Assembly: GCA_010015585.1 (NCBI GenBank)
Contig: ML975158.1
Direction: 5' to 3' (one strand)
DNA from: Eremomyces bilateralis CBS 781.70
Taxonomy: Eukaryota
DNA length: 64,000 nucleotides
Position 1 is the stretch's first letter. Each line of letters begins with the position of its first letter. The position numbers and the translations under genes are program-made. Positions 24,436 through 36,857 of this stretch are shown here, piece after piece. Below the pieces are notes generated by a model. It was not told the DNA's origin and searched no databases. It saw only the letters and a program-made list of their open reading frames with translations.

Positions 24436-26582
24436 ATGACGACCCAAGAACATCTGGTCGATTGGAACGCGGACAGCTATTGGAAGACGCGTCGAATCTC
24501 TCCGCCTCAAATTCTGATCAATGATGTCCGCACGGAACCTTCAAATCAGGGAGGAAGTCATAATATGCAGGAGATGCTGGAAATCAACGAGGTGCTTCCT
24601 TCCACCCTGATTCCGGCCTTACAAAAGCGAGACCAGCTATCGGAGACATTGGACGTTGAATCTCTTACCCCTTATGCTCAAGAGCGACAGCTGCTCTCGA
24701 GGCTTTCACATGAATATGGGTGGATGAACTGCTTGCGTAGCCAAGGTGTTCAAGAATCTGTCGATGATCCAGAGCACTTGCGAAAGCTTCGTTGGATGTA
24801 AGCAGGAACTCGATGCCGAGACCATGGCTTTGCTAACTCAAAGCAGCCATATTTCGAGCAAGTATACTGAGTACTTGCATGGCGTACGTTGCTTTCAGTC
24901 TGATTTATTTCTATTTCTATGTCGAAGGCTTTTCAGTCATCTTTTAGTATTGCAGTTTATGAACCGCATGGGTACAGCAACTTGTATCTCCGCATCTATT
25001 TTCTTATATTTATCTTACATTTGCTTCAAAGCGCTGATTATCCTCCAAGTGTCTCCTAGCCCTGAGCGACTGGACAGGTGATCAATCAAAGCCGTTGCAA
25101 TGCCTTCGTCAACTTGAGGTATGCATCCAGCAAAATGAGCGCTTCTCGAAACATGGGCGGTACTTCGCCCCCTTCTACCAGCCATTAAACGAGAACTTGA
25201 AAGAGGATGCGACTTCAACTGCGGAGTCAGGGCCAATGTTGATTAGCGTACCTTTCCTAGACTGGGGAGTCACGGGAGAATCACCTGCTCTGCGATTCCA
25301 GATCGATCCAAGAGAAGGGTATCAGTCCAGTCGTGGATCATCACATCTTATTCGCTCCATCCTGCAGCATTTCTATCGCTTAGAGGACACAAGCGACCGG
25401 GAACATCATCAGGTATTTTCCAAGCACAAGCCATGGATTAAGAACCGCAACCTAGACCTCCGAATCCGTCGGTGGTACGGGAATTACCCCACAACTTTGA
25501 ACGTGGATGAGCTTTGGATCCTCGTGATCGATTCACGTCATGTTGTCACCTTTTCAACGAACCAGACGTGGAAATCGAGATGGCCTCCCATGCAGCTGAC
25601 TTCCCGAATTGTTGAAATCTCGTTTCGTGGGATCCGTAACAAGTTCTTTACCTCCACCCAACGACAGGAATACGATGCCTTCACCCATGTCGTGGTCACT
25701 CTTGGTGCCGCTGTAGGTCTGCTTCATAGGAGTTTTTGGACCGACTTGGTTTTATGTCTTTCTGACAGATATGCGGGATACCTTGAGCAACTGGTGAGCA
25801 GATCTCACGCCGTTAGGTGATATATCTGACCCAAACAGCAATACCGACTCCACCGTGCCCCAAGTACAAAGCTGGTCATGGACCTCCTCCACGTTCAGGA
25901 AGAGTTGAACATCATTATCAATATAATGCAAAAGCAAATCGATCTCATCACCGCGATACAATCGGAGTGGAAACAGAACAACCTCCTTAACCCAGACCAT
26001 GTTTCTATGAGGAGTCGAGGGACCTCATGCAATTCCATCACGCCATTTCCACCGATGAATCCATTCCGCGCCACCTATGGACAATATTCCTCCTCCACTC
26101 TAACCGACCCATTGTCTCAACTCCTCGAAAACCTTCATTTGGAGTTTGGAGATCTCCGCGACCTCCGCGAGAACAGCAATAATTTGGTCAATCGGACCGT
26201 GCAGTTGGTCAATATCCGTCTCGAAGATCACGGCAAAGCGATTATTGTGTTCACGATTGTCACCATCATCTTCCTGCCTTTGTCATTTGTCACGAGCTTT
26301 TTTGGTATGAATTTTGCGGATATTCGTGAGATCGAGTCAGATCAGAGACTCTTCTGGATTGTTGGCGCATCTTTGACCGTTGCCATCGTTGGTTTTGCCA
26401 TGTTTTTAGCATTCTATGGCAGTTGGGTCTTCGAGAAGTTCACGATTTGGAGAGACGGGATTTCAAATCCCGTCTCGTCGAAGAATAGGTCCCTTGCGCA
26501 TAGAAAAGACCGAACGGCACTGGCCTCTACGGGATTTCGGGTCTTGGATGTAGGAGTATCGGGTACGGATGTTGGAAAATGA
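24436..26582 (+). CDS. CorA-like Mg2+ transporter-family protein (introns 24798-24846, 24884-25049, 25794-25838; start uncertain)
   Basis: C-terminal AIIVFTIVTIIFLPLSFVTSFFGMN (GMN motif) plus a second TM helix, and LNVDELWILVID. Splicing across a 37-nt microexon (24847-24883) yields RWIHISSKYTEYLHGCLLALSDW. Confidence 0.82.
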
Positions 26583-27283
26583 CCGCTTCTGCTGACTTGT
26601 CATGGCTTGACCGAGCACTTCGTCACACCAACAGGCGCATACCCGAGTCATTACTTTTCAGAGCTCCGGCATCCAGCAACTGATGCTTCTTGCAGCACCG
26701 GATGCTCTCAACCCGGAATTGCTTAAAGCACATTGGACTTGCGTGAAGAATTCTAGGAGAAAGGTCAACATCGCCCTCCAGGACCTGATTCTCTTTGGAT
26801 CCCAACGTCATTGGCGACTTTCCCGGGCAAGATCCGATACGCCGCATCGAACTTTCTCAACTGCTTCGGGCAACTGCATATCCGCACTCACATATTGAAG
26901 CATTATCTGAGAGATACTTCTGGCGATGCAAACGCCGCGCCGTCAAACCGGGCATGTACATTGCAAAAGCTTCCCACAAATATCGGTGAGAAAAGCGAGT
27001 TTGTACAAAATATGTCACATCCACACACATCGATATTATGCGACCATCCAAGAGCAACAGCGCATCCGTTTCAAACTTTTGTCGTCACTTTTGTTACTGG
27101 GCGTTGTCACGAAGCAATTGAGCGAGGATTGACAAACCAGAGGGACGTACGGTTTGATGAGTCCAGTTGTTGGTCTCTGGAATAGCAAAACTTTTGATCT
27201 TCAGCGCTATATATACGCGTTTCTCGCCCTTCTTGTCACGAGCTAAACCGACCAAAAACCGGCAACACCTAAACCATACCGTC

Positions 27284-29073
27284 ATGGATTCTACCAATCA
27301 GCTCGACATTGCGAAGGTGGTCTATTATATCACTCGCGGCAACGGCATCAATGTTCCTATGGTACCGGTGGACGAGCTCCCTCATTTCTTAGACATCGAA
27401 GGTATTCCCAAGCGACTCGATGCTGATCAGCTCAAATGGTTCAAATTCCTTGACAGGCATCATCATAATCCACCGGATACTCTGTCTGTTACCGTCGGTG
27501 GACAGCCTTTACGAGTTCCAGCCTCGGTAGTTCTCCCGGCAAAGAAGTCATACAATGCCCCCGATGCAGAGATGAATGCGAAGCGAATGGCCGCTGAAGC
27601 TTCGATTCCCAAGGCCAGCACGCAACCGGTCAAGGACGACTGCACTCGAGACAAATCCACTGTCACACTGCCGAAGGATCCAGAGGATGAGTGCAGGGTA
27701 AACCTTCCGCGACTTCTTCACGAACTTCCTGTTAACGCTCCCAGAACATCACCGAGTTCCTCGCCAAACGCGACCCCAAGCTCGCCGCCAGCGTTGGCTA
27801 CATCCCGAAGCGCCCCTTACCACCGTCCGGCAAAGAGCCCGATCCGTCTCGCAAAGAGTATTGCACCTACTGGATCCAGACCGGCGGATGTAGCTTCCTC
27901 CAGCAGGGATGCCTGTACAAACATGAGATGCCGGACAAGGACACACTGGCGAAGATCGGCATTCCGAAGGTCCCGAAATGGTACGTGGACAAGACGGCCG
28001 CCAAGATCCGGTCAAGTTCGACGCTAGAGCAGATCGACGGCCGTAAAGAGCCGGGCACACCCAAGGGACGGGTCATCGAAATCGGGAAGTCCGGTCCGGC
28101 GACGACGAGATCCAGTGTGCCGGATGTGCGATCATCCGGACTGCAACTCAGTCGCTGGGGTCCATTATCTACTAAAGGAACCCAAGCCCGACCCCATGCT
28201 TTGGGTGCGAAAGCGCAGCGCGCGCCATCGATTTCAAACATCTTGGTCGTTGGTCACAATGCTCCTAGGGCCGCTCGCACTGGACAAGACGCGGAGAAGG
28301 GGGCCAGGAAGACTAGCTTTAGCTCGTCGGGATCTTCCTGCGATGCTGATACTCTCCGGGCCACTCCAAACACCAGCCCGCCTCAAGGTGGCCCACTGTT
28401 CGATCTTGGCGACTCGCCTCATCGAGGGACGTTCGTTCCGCCGCACCACTGGACGGTGGGCACGTCGGTCTTCCCGTGCGGCAGAGGACCACTTCACCTG
28501 CAGTCTCGACCGATGTTCTCCCCCGGTGCACCCGATAACCCGACCATGTTCCATGACCGTTCTCCCGCGGGAAACCTCATCGGACTACCCGAGGCACCAA
28601 CACCAACACTGTCCGCCTCCGTTCCTGAGCCGCTTCAACCGTACAGGCAACCCGGCCCCATCGCAGGATCTCAGCCGTCCTCGATCCCTTCGCCACACGG
28701 CCACCTGTCCGCCGACGAAATCGCGTTTATAACCCAGCTTCGCAACCAAGAGTACGGCCTGACTCACCCGGTCCACCACGATCACCGACCCCACCCGCCT
28801 CTGCACCAGTTGGCGCCTGCGTACGCGCCTCTGCCAAGCCCGACACAAGGGAGGGGGCTCCACGGCGGGCGAGCGAGCAAGGGTCGGAATCTGTCCACGT
28901 CGTTGGCCCGGTTCGAGGTGCGTCCGCAACGACCGTTGGGGGTGATCGAGCGGCCGGCGGCGTTTCAGGAGAAGCCATATATGGGCGGGATTTACGCTTC
29001 TGAGCATGCTCCGCACAATTCGGTTCGTTCGGGGGAAAGGGGTGAGGTGTCTGATCTGGAGATGGCCGGGTAG
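27284..29073 (+). CDS. CCCH zinc-finger protein (intron 27698-27744)
   Basis: After splicing: PPSGKEPDPSRKEYCTYWIQTGGCSFLQQGCLYKHEMP (C-x7-C-x6-C-x3-H). N-terminal YYITRGNGINVPMVPVDELP. Confidence 0.85.
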
Positions 29074-29275
29074 TGATGGGCGATGTGTGTGAATCGCCTT
29101 GCAATCTCACCTCAATATATGGATGGAAAATGACGAATAAGTTAACGACATGCACGTTTTTCAGAATGCTTGGGTTTCTTTCAGCAGGGATATCAATATA
29201 CTTAACAAAATACATTGTTCCGATGTAATCCATACCCGCAAGTGAATTTGCCTGCGCCCCTGACCATGCCATCCT

Positions 29276-30801
29276 CTAACTCATCGGCTCATCCGCGACG
29301 TAATGCAAATACGCTCCCAGCAACTTGATCCCCTCCACGTAATTCTTCCGGTCCAACTTCTCGTTTACACTGTGCGCCGCATCCGTGCTACTCCCCATCG
29401 GCAACAGCAGCACGTTCTTCCCCGTTGCCTGTTCGAACGTCAACGTCACCGGGATGCTGCCGCCCTCCCGCGTCAAATCCGGCTTGACCCCCCACACATG
29501 CTCGACCGCCTTCCCGGCCGCCGTGAAGTTCCAGTGACTCGGGCTCGCGACCCACCATTTCCCTGCATGCTGCAGGTACGGCTTGCAGGTGTTCTTGGAG
29601 CCCAACGCGGCGAATACCTTGTTGATGTGCGCGAGGACGAGCGCGTCGACTGCCTCGATCTCCATGTTCGGCACGGTGCGGATGGAGAACTTCCCGGTGA
29701 CCTTGGCGGGGATGACGGTCTTGGCGCCACCGGCGGAGAAAGCGCCCTCGACGCCGTGGACGGAGAGCGAGGGGAAGCGCCAGCGGCCCATGAGGGTGCG
29801 CTCCTTGTTGTCGAAGAGCCCCGTCTTGCTGCCGAGGGATTCGTACAGGTTGTCCATGGTGAAGGCGATGTCTTTGTAGAGGGCCTTCTCCTCGTCGGTC
29901 AGCGGCGCGACCAGGTCGCTGATCCCAGGAATCGCGATGTTTCCGTCGACATCAACCAACGAGCCCAGCACCTTCACCAGATCCGTCATCGGCTCGTGCG
30001 CGGTGCCGCCGAACACACCGGAATGCAAATCCTGCGCGGGCCCACTGATCTCGACGCTGTAGTAATTGCACCCTCTCAACCCATACGTCAAGCAGGGCTT
30101 TTCGGTGCCCAACCAGTAGTTATCCGATATGCACACCGCGTCCGCATCCTTGAAGAACTTCGGCGCCTCCTCCACAATCAGATCATCCAGCCCCTCGCTC
30201 CCATACTCCTCCATACCCTCGAAGCACATCAGCAGATTCACCGGGAACTCCATCCCCGCCTTCTGATGCGCCTCGATCGCGTTCACCCACCCCAGCACCG
30301 GCCCCTTGTCATCCGTGCTGCCCCGCCCGTACATCCGCCCTTTATCATCGACCGTCAGCGTGAACGGGTCGGTCGCCCACCCGTCCTCCTTCAGCGCCGG
30401 CTGCACGTCGTAGTGCCCGTAGACCAGGATCGTGCGCTTGTCGGGGGACGAGCCGTAGCGCGCCAGGATGACGGGGGGGAGGTCGAGGTGCTCTTTGTGC
30501 GGCTGCTTGCCGAGTTCGCGGAGTTCGACTTCGGCACCGAGGGTGCGGAGTTCGGTGGCGAGGAATTCGCCCATCTGAGGGAGGGGTTAGTGTCTATTCC
30601 TATGCATGCTCCGGTGATGAAAGAAGCGCATTCGTAGGGGAGCGTTGCGGTGGCAATTAGGAGATTTACCTTGACAACATCGCCGCGGCGCTCTTCGTCG
30701 GCCGACACGGAGGGGATGGCGACGGCTTTCCGCAGGCGGTCGATGAACGACTCTGCCATGTTGTCCACCGTCGCAAAGTAGTTGTCGAGTTGCGGCGCCA
30801 T
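29276..30801 (-). CDS. DUG1: Cys-Gly metallodipeptidase Dug1 / cytosolic non-specific dipeptidase, M20A (intron 30575-30669)
   Basis: YGHYDVQPA, GRGSTDDKGP, EGMEEYGS, ISDNYWLG, DLHSG, REGGSIP and DAAHS.NEK. An in-frame upstream ATG lies at 30978. Confidence 0.95.
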
Positions 30802-31324
30802 TGCTGATTTCGGCTTGTAGAGATACGGCCAGGTGCGGTCGGAGTTTTTCGTCGGATCGGGGGTGCCGGTGGTGCTTTGGCGGAGTTGGAAGGGTCGATA
30901 TGAGACGACGCGGGTCCGAGGAACGTGGAAATGGGAGATTCTAGGAAGACGTGATGGAGAGAAGGGAAAGAGTTTCATTGAAAGAGGAGAGTGCGGGGAG
31001 ATGTGGTGAAGTCAGTGGCGGTACAATAGCTTGATAGTGATTAGTGGTAATTACGGAGTATGCAGAAATCTTACAGGAGGTGGGGGGAAGACTGCAAGGG
31101 GAAGGTGAGTTGTCTCGTCTCGTATCAACCGCCAATCCCTACCATAGCGGAGGGTAACATCGGCTCAATGATATCCAATATATCACTTGAACATGCTAGC
31201 TGAATGGAAAATATGGCAATCTGGTTACAAAGTGCTGTTAGAATATAGAAATGTACATGTATCCTCACTACAAGAACGTCGATCGCTATGTTATGGATAA
31301 AAGCACCCGAGCTGGGTGCGGACA

Positions 31325-33640
31325 TCATGGTTGATGGGACTGCGTCTCCTCCAATGCCATCTCTGGATCTTTATCCGGTTCCTCTGAAGGATGATCAGAT
31401 ATGTCCTGATGTTTTCCACCTTCCCTGACAACCGAATTGTCATGGACCTTGCCACCTATATGCTCCCCTTCTACCTCTTCTTGCCCGCCCTGAGCAGCAT
31501 GCGCTTCTGAACCGTGCTCCCCGTCATCCTCCTCTGGTTTCCGTGGTGTTTTCGAAAGAGCCTTGCCAATTAAGTCTGATATGTCCTCAACCATCTCCTT
31601 CTCCGTCCCCACATCGGTCATCGGAGGACTTTCACCAGCACGATCCAGCTCCGTGATCATGAAAGTCGGGTCGTCGTCCTGCTCCTCCTTTGCAGTGGCC
31701 CAGGTTGGCTGCCGAGTGGGCGGTTCACGTACCTTCCCTTTCCCCTTATCAGAAGCAGTGACTCCAACCTGACTCGACGGCTCCTCCTCCTGCGCCCCTC
31801 CCTCCCCTAACTCAGAGGCACTCTCGTCCTGCCACCCATGCGACCACCGATCCGTCACCCACGCGACACTCCCCTTCGCCCGCCCCCCCTCCGCCCGCCG
31901 CTCCATCTCCCTCACATCACTCCAATACTGCAACCTCCCACACTCCCAATCCGCCGCCTCCACCGCCCTCAGCAGATCATCAATCATCCTCGCCTCCCTC
32001 TCCTCCTCACTCTCCCCCCTCCGCTCATGTTCCTTCCGATGCTCCTCCGCCTGGCGAATCTGCTCCCGCAGCCGCGCAAGCAACCGTCGCCGCGACTGCT
32101 GGAACACGAACTTCGCCATGATCTCCGGCATCGTCTCCGCGAGGTAGTGCAGTTCCTCGCCACCGTGGTCGAGGAAGCTCTGGACAAGGGTGATCTTCTC
32201 GCGGTCGATGGACGCGAAGCGGAGGGCGCGCAGGAGGGATCCGATGTTCTCGATTGCGTCGGTGGGGGACGCGGAGGGGTCGGGGTCGGCGACGAGGTGT
32301 TGCCAGCGGCTGATAGCGCCGGTGGGTGCAAGGGTGCTGGAGCTTTCGCTGAAGAGGCTTTCGGGGCCGGAGTCGACGGCATTGGGACCGGCGGGGTGAA
32401 TGGTGAAGTAGTCGCTTGTGAGCTTGTGGGGATGGTGGGATGCATTCTCTTTCCCGGTGCGGGCGAAGCCGGGGATGCGGACTCGTTTGCGGACCCAGTG
32501 GCGGCGTCGGACGAAGGAGTTCCAGAATGGATGGGTGCCATGCCATTTACTACGGAACTTACGGCCTTTGATCGGCCCACCAAGACCATGGTCGGTGACG
32601 TCCACGGTTCCTTCATCGCCCTGAGCGGGACTGGGGCCTTCTCCTGAAAGATTCCCGCTCGGTTTCCTTGTCGTGACTGTGTTACCTGTCTTTCGCCTCC
32701 AGTACCCCAAAGACATACCAAATCCGCCGGAGTACTCCCACCCTTCCTCATCCACATCACCAGCCCAGCCGGCTTCCACGTTGCTAGCGGCGGCGTCTCC
32801 TCTGCCCCCCATGTCGACATACCAGCGATCCCAGTCCCACCGCCAGCCAGGAGGCGGGACGGCGTTCGTGATGTCGACGAGAGATGGGAGACCTGATCTT
32901 CCATGCACCCATGCGGGTGTATCAAGGTTCAGCAAGCTCTTTGAGCTAAATAGGGGGAGGCCCAATATGAATGCGCCGCGTTGGTGCTCGAGTAAGACAT
33001 CATAGACGACGTCTCCTTTCTTCCCTTTCTTTGTGTGCAGCGTATATGATCTCGCCCCTTCGATATCCAGCCGTAACCGCATTCTCGTCCGACTTTCCGG
33101 CGCAATTGCCGCCATGCTCGTCACCTGTCGCCGTTTCCGAGCCGTCTCTGCATCCTGCCCACCATCGCTCCGAGGGGTAGGCCTCTCCGTAAATTCGCCC
33201 GGCTGTTCCGACTCTTCATCGGAAAGATCTGAATCCTCGAGGTCGATTCCTAGTTTGGATGCCTGCCATTTCCGCCACTTCCTCTTCGCGATCCCAGCTC
33301 GTAAAGTGCCGTGTGTCCGTGTCCGGGTTGCGGCGATGCTGGGGCTCTTGCCATCGCAACTATCCAGTTCTACTTCTTCGCGAAGCCCCGAGGGTTTTAA
33401 CGACGGTGATCCAGGAGGCGAGGCGGTCGTAATCGAGATTCTTGTAGGGTTGCTTGGCGGTCCATCTGATATTTGAGTAGCTGCTGTAGGTCGCGGGTCA
33501 TTGGAAAGTCGTGACCGAGTACGATCAACAAGGAAGATTCGGTGGGTTGGTTCGGCGATGCCTTCAGAAATATTCGACTCCCGAGAGGGGATGCGGGCGT
33601 GGGTATGGATGGGAGTTATGGGCGTTGAAGGGGTGGACAT
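31325..33640 (-). CDS. Dysferlin-domain sporulation protein, Spo73/Mug65-like
   Basis: YDVLLEHQRG...PLFSSKSLLNLD...W, WRWDWDRWYVDM, DVDEEGWEYS and SFVRRRHWVRKR match the DysF pattern. First ATG at 33640. Confidence 0.8.
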   Translation of the reverse strand: MSTPSTPITPIHTHARIPSRESNISEGIAEPTHRIFLVDRTRSRLSNDPRPTAATQISDGPPSNPTRISITTASPPGSPSLKPSGLREEVELDSCDGKSPSIAATRTRTHGTLRAGIAKRKWRKWQASKLGIDLEDSDLSDEESEQPGEFTERPTPRSDGGQDAETARKRRQVTSMAAIAPESRTRMRLRLDIEGARSYTLHTKKGKKGDVVYDVLLEHQRGAFILGLPLFSSKSLLNLDTPAWVHGRSGLPSLVDITNAVPPPGWRWDWDRWYVDMGGRGDAAASNVEAGWAGDVDEEGWEYSGGFGMSLGYWRRKTGNTVTTRKPSGNLSGEGPSPAQGDEGTVDVTDHGLGGPIKGRKFRSKWHGTHPFWNSFVRRRHWVRKRVRIPGFARTGKENASHHPHKLTSDYFTIHPAGPNAVDSGPESLFSESSSTLAPTGAISRWQHLVADPDPSASPTDAIENIGSLLRALRFASIDREKITLVQSFLDHGGEELHYLAETMPEIMAKFVFQQSRRRLLARLREQIRQAEEHRKEHERRGESEEEREARMIDDLLRAVEAADWECGRLQYWSDVREMERRAEGGRAKGSVAWVTDRWSHGWQDESASELGEGGAQEEEPSSQVGVTASDKGKGKVREPPTRQPTWATAKEEQDDDPTFMITELDRAGESPPMTDVGTEKEMVEDISDLIGKALSKTPRKPEEDDGEHGSEAHAAQGGQEEVEGEHIGGKVHDNSVVREGGKHQDISDHPSEEPDKDPEMALEETQSHQP

Positions 33641-34443
33641 GTTGGATACGACTCGGGACAACGGATGCCGTCTGGATGCAAGGGTCCACTAGAGGCTCAT
33701 CTCGAGCCTAGTTGACTTGAATGGTTCGCAAACTGTCGGGCGTGGGAAGCAGGGAATGGTTATGTGCCAGTAATGGTTTAGTCATGACGAATAAGGTAGA
33801 ACTGGTGTCCTCTTGCTGACCGTCCATGGTTGATTCAACGATCATGGCATATTCAAGATTTGTTCCAAGAAGTTCTAGAGCAATTGAAGTAACGATGATG
33901 TCGCATTCGTCTAGTAATATCCCATACCGGTATTCTGATAACCAGTACCCACCGTTATTCGATTCCTGGATGGTTTCCAGTTGTTGAATTCAGATGTTAG
34001 GGATGACGACATCGTGGTTGGCACAGGAACACGTGAGGAATGCACTGCACGTAACCTTTCACGTGCAGCAGAATTGAGCAATGACGAAGACGGCAGTTGC
34101 GACCCCAACCCTTGTCGCGTGTGGCTGGCGCTTGCCCTCCCCGAATCTTGGCATTCTAGTCGATTCGGGAGACGGAATGCGACGTCATTCCTCATCCTGG
34201 TGTCTCGTATCATCACCTGCTTTCGTCTCCCTTATTATTATTCCCCTTTCTCTCCTCTATCCTGAGCTATCTTGAATCTATACGTACCTCATCCAATATA
34301 TACTCATCAACAAGGTATTTCGTTCCTGTCCAATACCTCCAGTATCATCTAATCTAACTGACTACTATTGGTAGCTCTTTGCGGCACCGAGCAGACATAC
34401 CACCTCCAATCTCCTGATCCTAACCTTTTCCCCATCCCACACA

Positions 34444-34943
34444 ATGTCCGGACGAATCCTTAAATTCGGTGGTGCCGCTGCCGCTGGTGGTGCCGCATAT
34501 TACTTTTACAAAGCCGGTGGAAGCCCAAAAGTCGCAGAGAAGGAATTCGAACGTACGTTCCCCGCTTCCGTCCCACCTGGCCCTACCGTCTGATCCCCCG
34601 CCCAAGCATGCTAACCCTCGAAATAGATGATGCAGCCCGTCTATCGGCCAACGTAAAATCCCACCTCCCCGGAGCCGAAAAAGAGGCGAAGACCGCCGCC
34701 AAGAAATATGGTACGGAGGCCGGTAAGCAATTCGACCAGGTCGTCGCCAACGCGCGAGATCAGACAAGCAAGGTGGACCATAAGCTAGAGGACTACCGAC
34801 AAGGCGCGGAGAATAAGATCAATACGGCACGGAGGGAATCGGAGACGAAATTGATGGGTGCGGTGGATAAGTTCGATCACAAGGTGGAGGAGGGGGCGTC
34901 GAAGAGTAAGAGTTGGCTTGGCGGGTGGTTTGGTGGGAAGTAA
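34444..34943 (+). CDS. Small LEA-like helical protein with N-terminal membrane anchor (intron 34553-34626; probable 5'UTR intron 34315-34374)
   Basis: MSGRILKFGGAAAAGGAAYYFYKAGGSPKVAEKEFE spliced to DAARLSANV...KSKSWLGGWFGGK. Canonical splice and branch sites. Confidence 0.85.
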
Positions 34944-35641
34944 GGTGGGAGTGGTGCTCGGGGACACGATCGGAACGAGATGAATGTATTAAGGCATGAG
35001 GATTGTTGGTTGGTTACAATATCAAGTTATGAGTGTTGAGGCATTGGCAGTGGAGTGTGTCCGTTCTGATCAGGTTCGTTGGCCCGTTTGGTCCCATATT
35101 CATATTCATACGACTGCCAAATGATATCTCCTCCCCTTTAGCTCTATTTCGAGGCCATTCTTTCATTCAAATCCGCCTCCTTTTTGCCGAAGTGAAGAAT
35201 TGATCTTTCTTAGTCCTGGACAACTTCTCCTCGGCTTTTGAATACCACAGAGACTATGGATGGTAGTCCCCTACAGCTTCCCTTCGTTTCAGGAAGGGCA
35301 AGGCGGTCCAGTCCATATGAATGGCTTTCTAAATCGAGAGTGTTGTCGCCGGATGATCGTCGGTTCAGAACACTAAACGAACTTCAGGGGAACATTCCCA
35401 CCCCTTGGGAGTGCGAACACGAAAAGTTCAAGATACAACGTGGTAAAGCTGTGCATCCTATCCTATAACCCCGAAGCATCCATTATCCAGGAAAACAGGA
35501 AGAAGCTAATGACTGCTATGTGGCTCAAGATGATCACGCAGCGAGTTGACGTGGTGAAAGTGCCTACGATACCCTCATTTTTGATTTTGGTACAATATCG
35601 GCCATTACTCCCACCAGGGGATCTCACTGCAAGAGCGTTCG

Positions 35642-36653
35642 TCACCATTCTGGCAACCCGGAGGGGATGCCGTCTTCCTCGTTCTCCTCATCATCATCCT
35701 CATCATCCTCATCCTCCTCGTCTTCAACTTCATCCTCATCCTCATCCTCCCCCTCCCGCCACTCCTTTTCCTTCTCCTCCACCTCCTCGTCCTCACTCCC
35801 TTCCCCCACTACTGCCGCCCGCCCCAATTCCACCTTCAAAGGACACCAGTCCTTCACCCCCCCGTGCTCCCGGCATCCCTCCACCCTAAACCGCCTCCTC
35901 GGCCGCAGTCCACGTTCTCTCTCGGGAATAACGAGACGCGCCACCCACCTCTCCGGTACAGCGTCATCCTTACTCCGCCAGAACTCACGGCGTCTCCCCC
36001 AGGCCGCTAACGCGACAGTCCTGCGAATCCTAAACCAATATCAGCACTGAATCGAGTGAGGATGACTTAGGGAACAAGCAAACTTACCCTTTCTTCTTCG
36101 GCACTAGAACCGGCGCGTGCATCCTCCCCATCCTCCCCGTCATCAACCGCTCCCTCATCCCCCGCGCCTCAATCCACCACTCCCTCGCTTTCTCCCGCTC
36201 TCTTGTCCCCAACTCTGCGAGCCCGCTCGCCCTCCACATCTTCCACGCCACCTTGTGCCGTTCGCTTGGCATTATGCGCCGCCGCTTCGTGGAGGAGGTT
36301 TTGTCTGCCGCATGTGCCAACAGGCGGTCGGCACACGCATCTAGACCCCGTTGGATGGCGTAGGTGTTTTTTCGCTTGCGGGACCGGGCCGCCAGGGCGC
36401 TGAGGTGGTCCGCAATGGTTTCAGGGGTCAGAGGCGTGGTTGTGGTGGTGGTTGTTATGTGTTGGTTTGTGATTGGATTGGTTGGGAAAGTGAGTGCGTG
36501 TGATTGAAGAGAAAAGAGGAAGAAGTACAAATTATGTGCAACGAGGAGACGGGCTTGGGATTGGGCCCTACTAAGGCACTGAGCAATTCTACTAGTATAC
36601 GGTGCATAGGAGTATTCAATCAAGAAGCATAGTGAGGTGAACAACAATAGCAT
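35642..36653 (-). CDS. Hypothetical basic protein with acidic C-terminal tract (intron 36030-36087; start unresolved)
   Basis: ORF 36084-36653 joins ORF 35642-35944 in frame via gtaagt...gctgat...tag. NLS-like RSRKRK and poly-D/E tail. Confidence 0.55.
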
Positions 36654-36857
36654 ACACTTGAGTTCTATTGATCTAGGTACCTATCAATAGAATCAGTTCT
36701 CCTTATCAGTGGAAAGTGTATTCACTTACAACATCGTGAATTTGATTATCCAGACAAAGTGACAGAACTAATTTTGACTTCGACCTACAACACTAATAAT
36801 AACACAACATAGATACAGTTCCACTCCTGTGTGCATCTTAGTAATTCAAAATAAAGC

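Noticed and set aside
29303..30637. Long antisense ORFs (also 6715-7512, 10315-11184, 43641-44558, 53024-54145)
   Set aside because: Shadows of GC3-rich real genes on the other strand, with no recognisable motifs.
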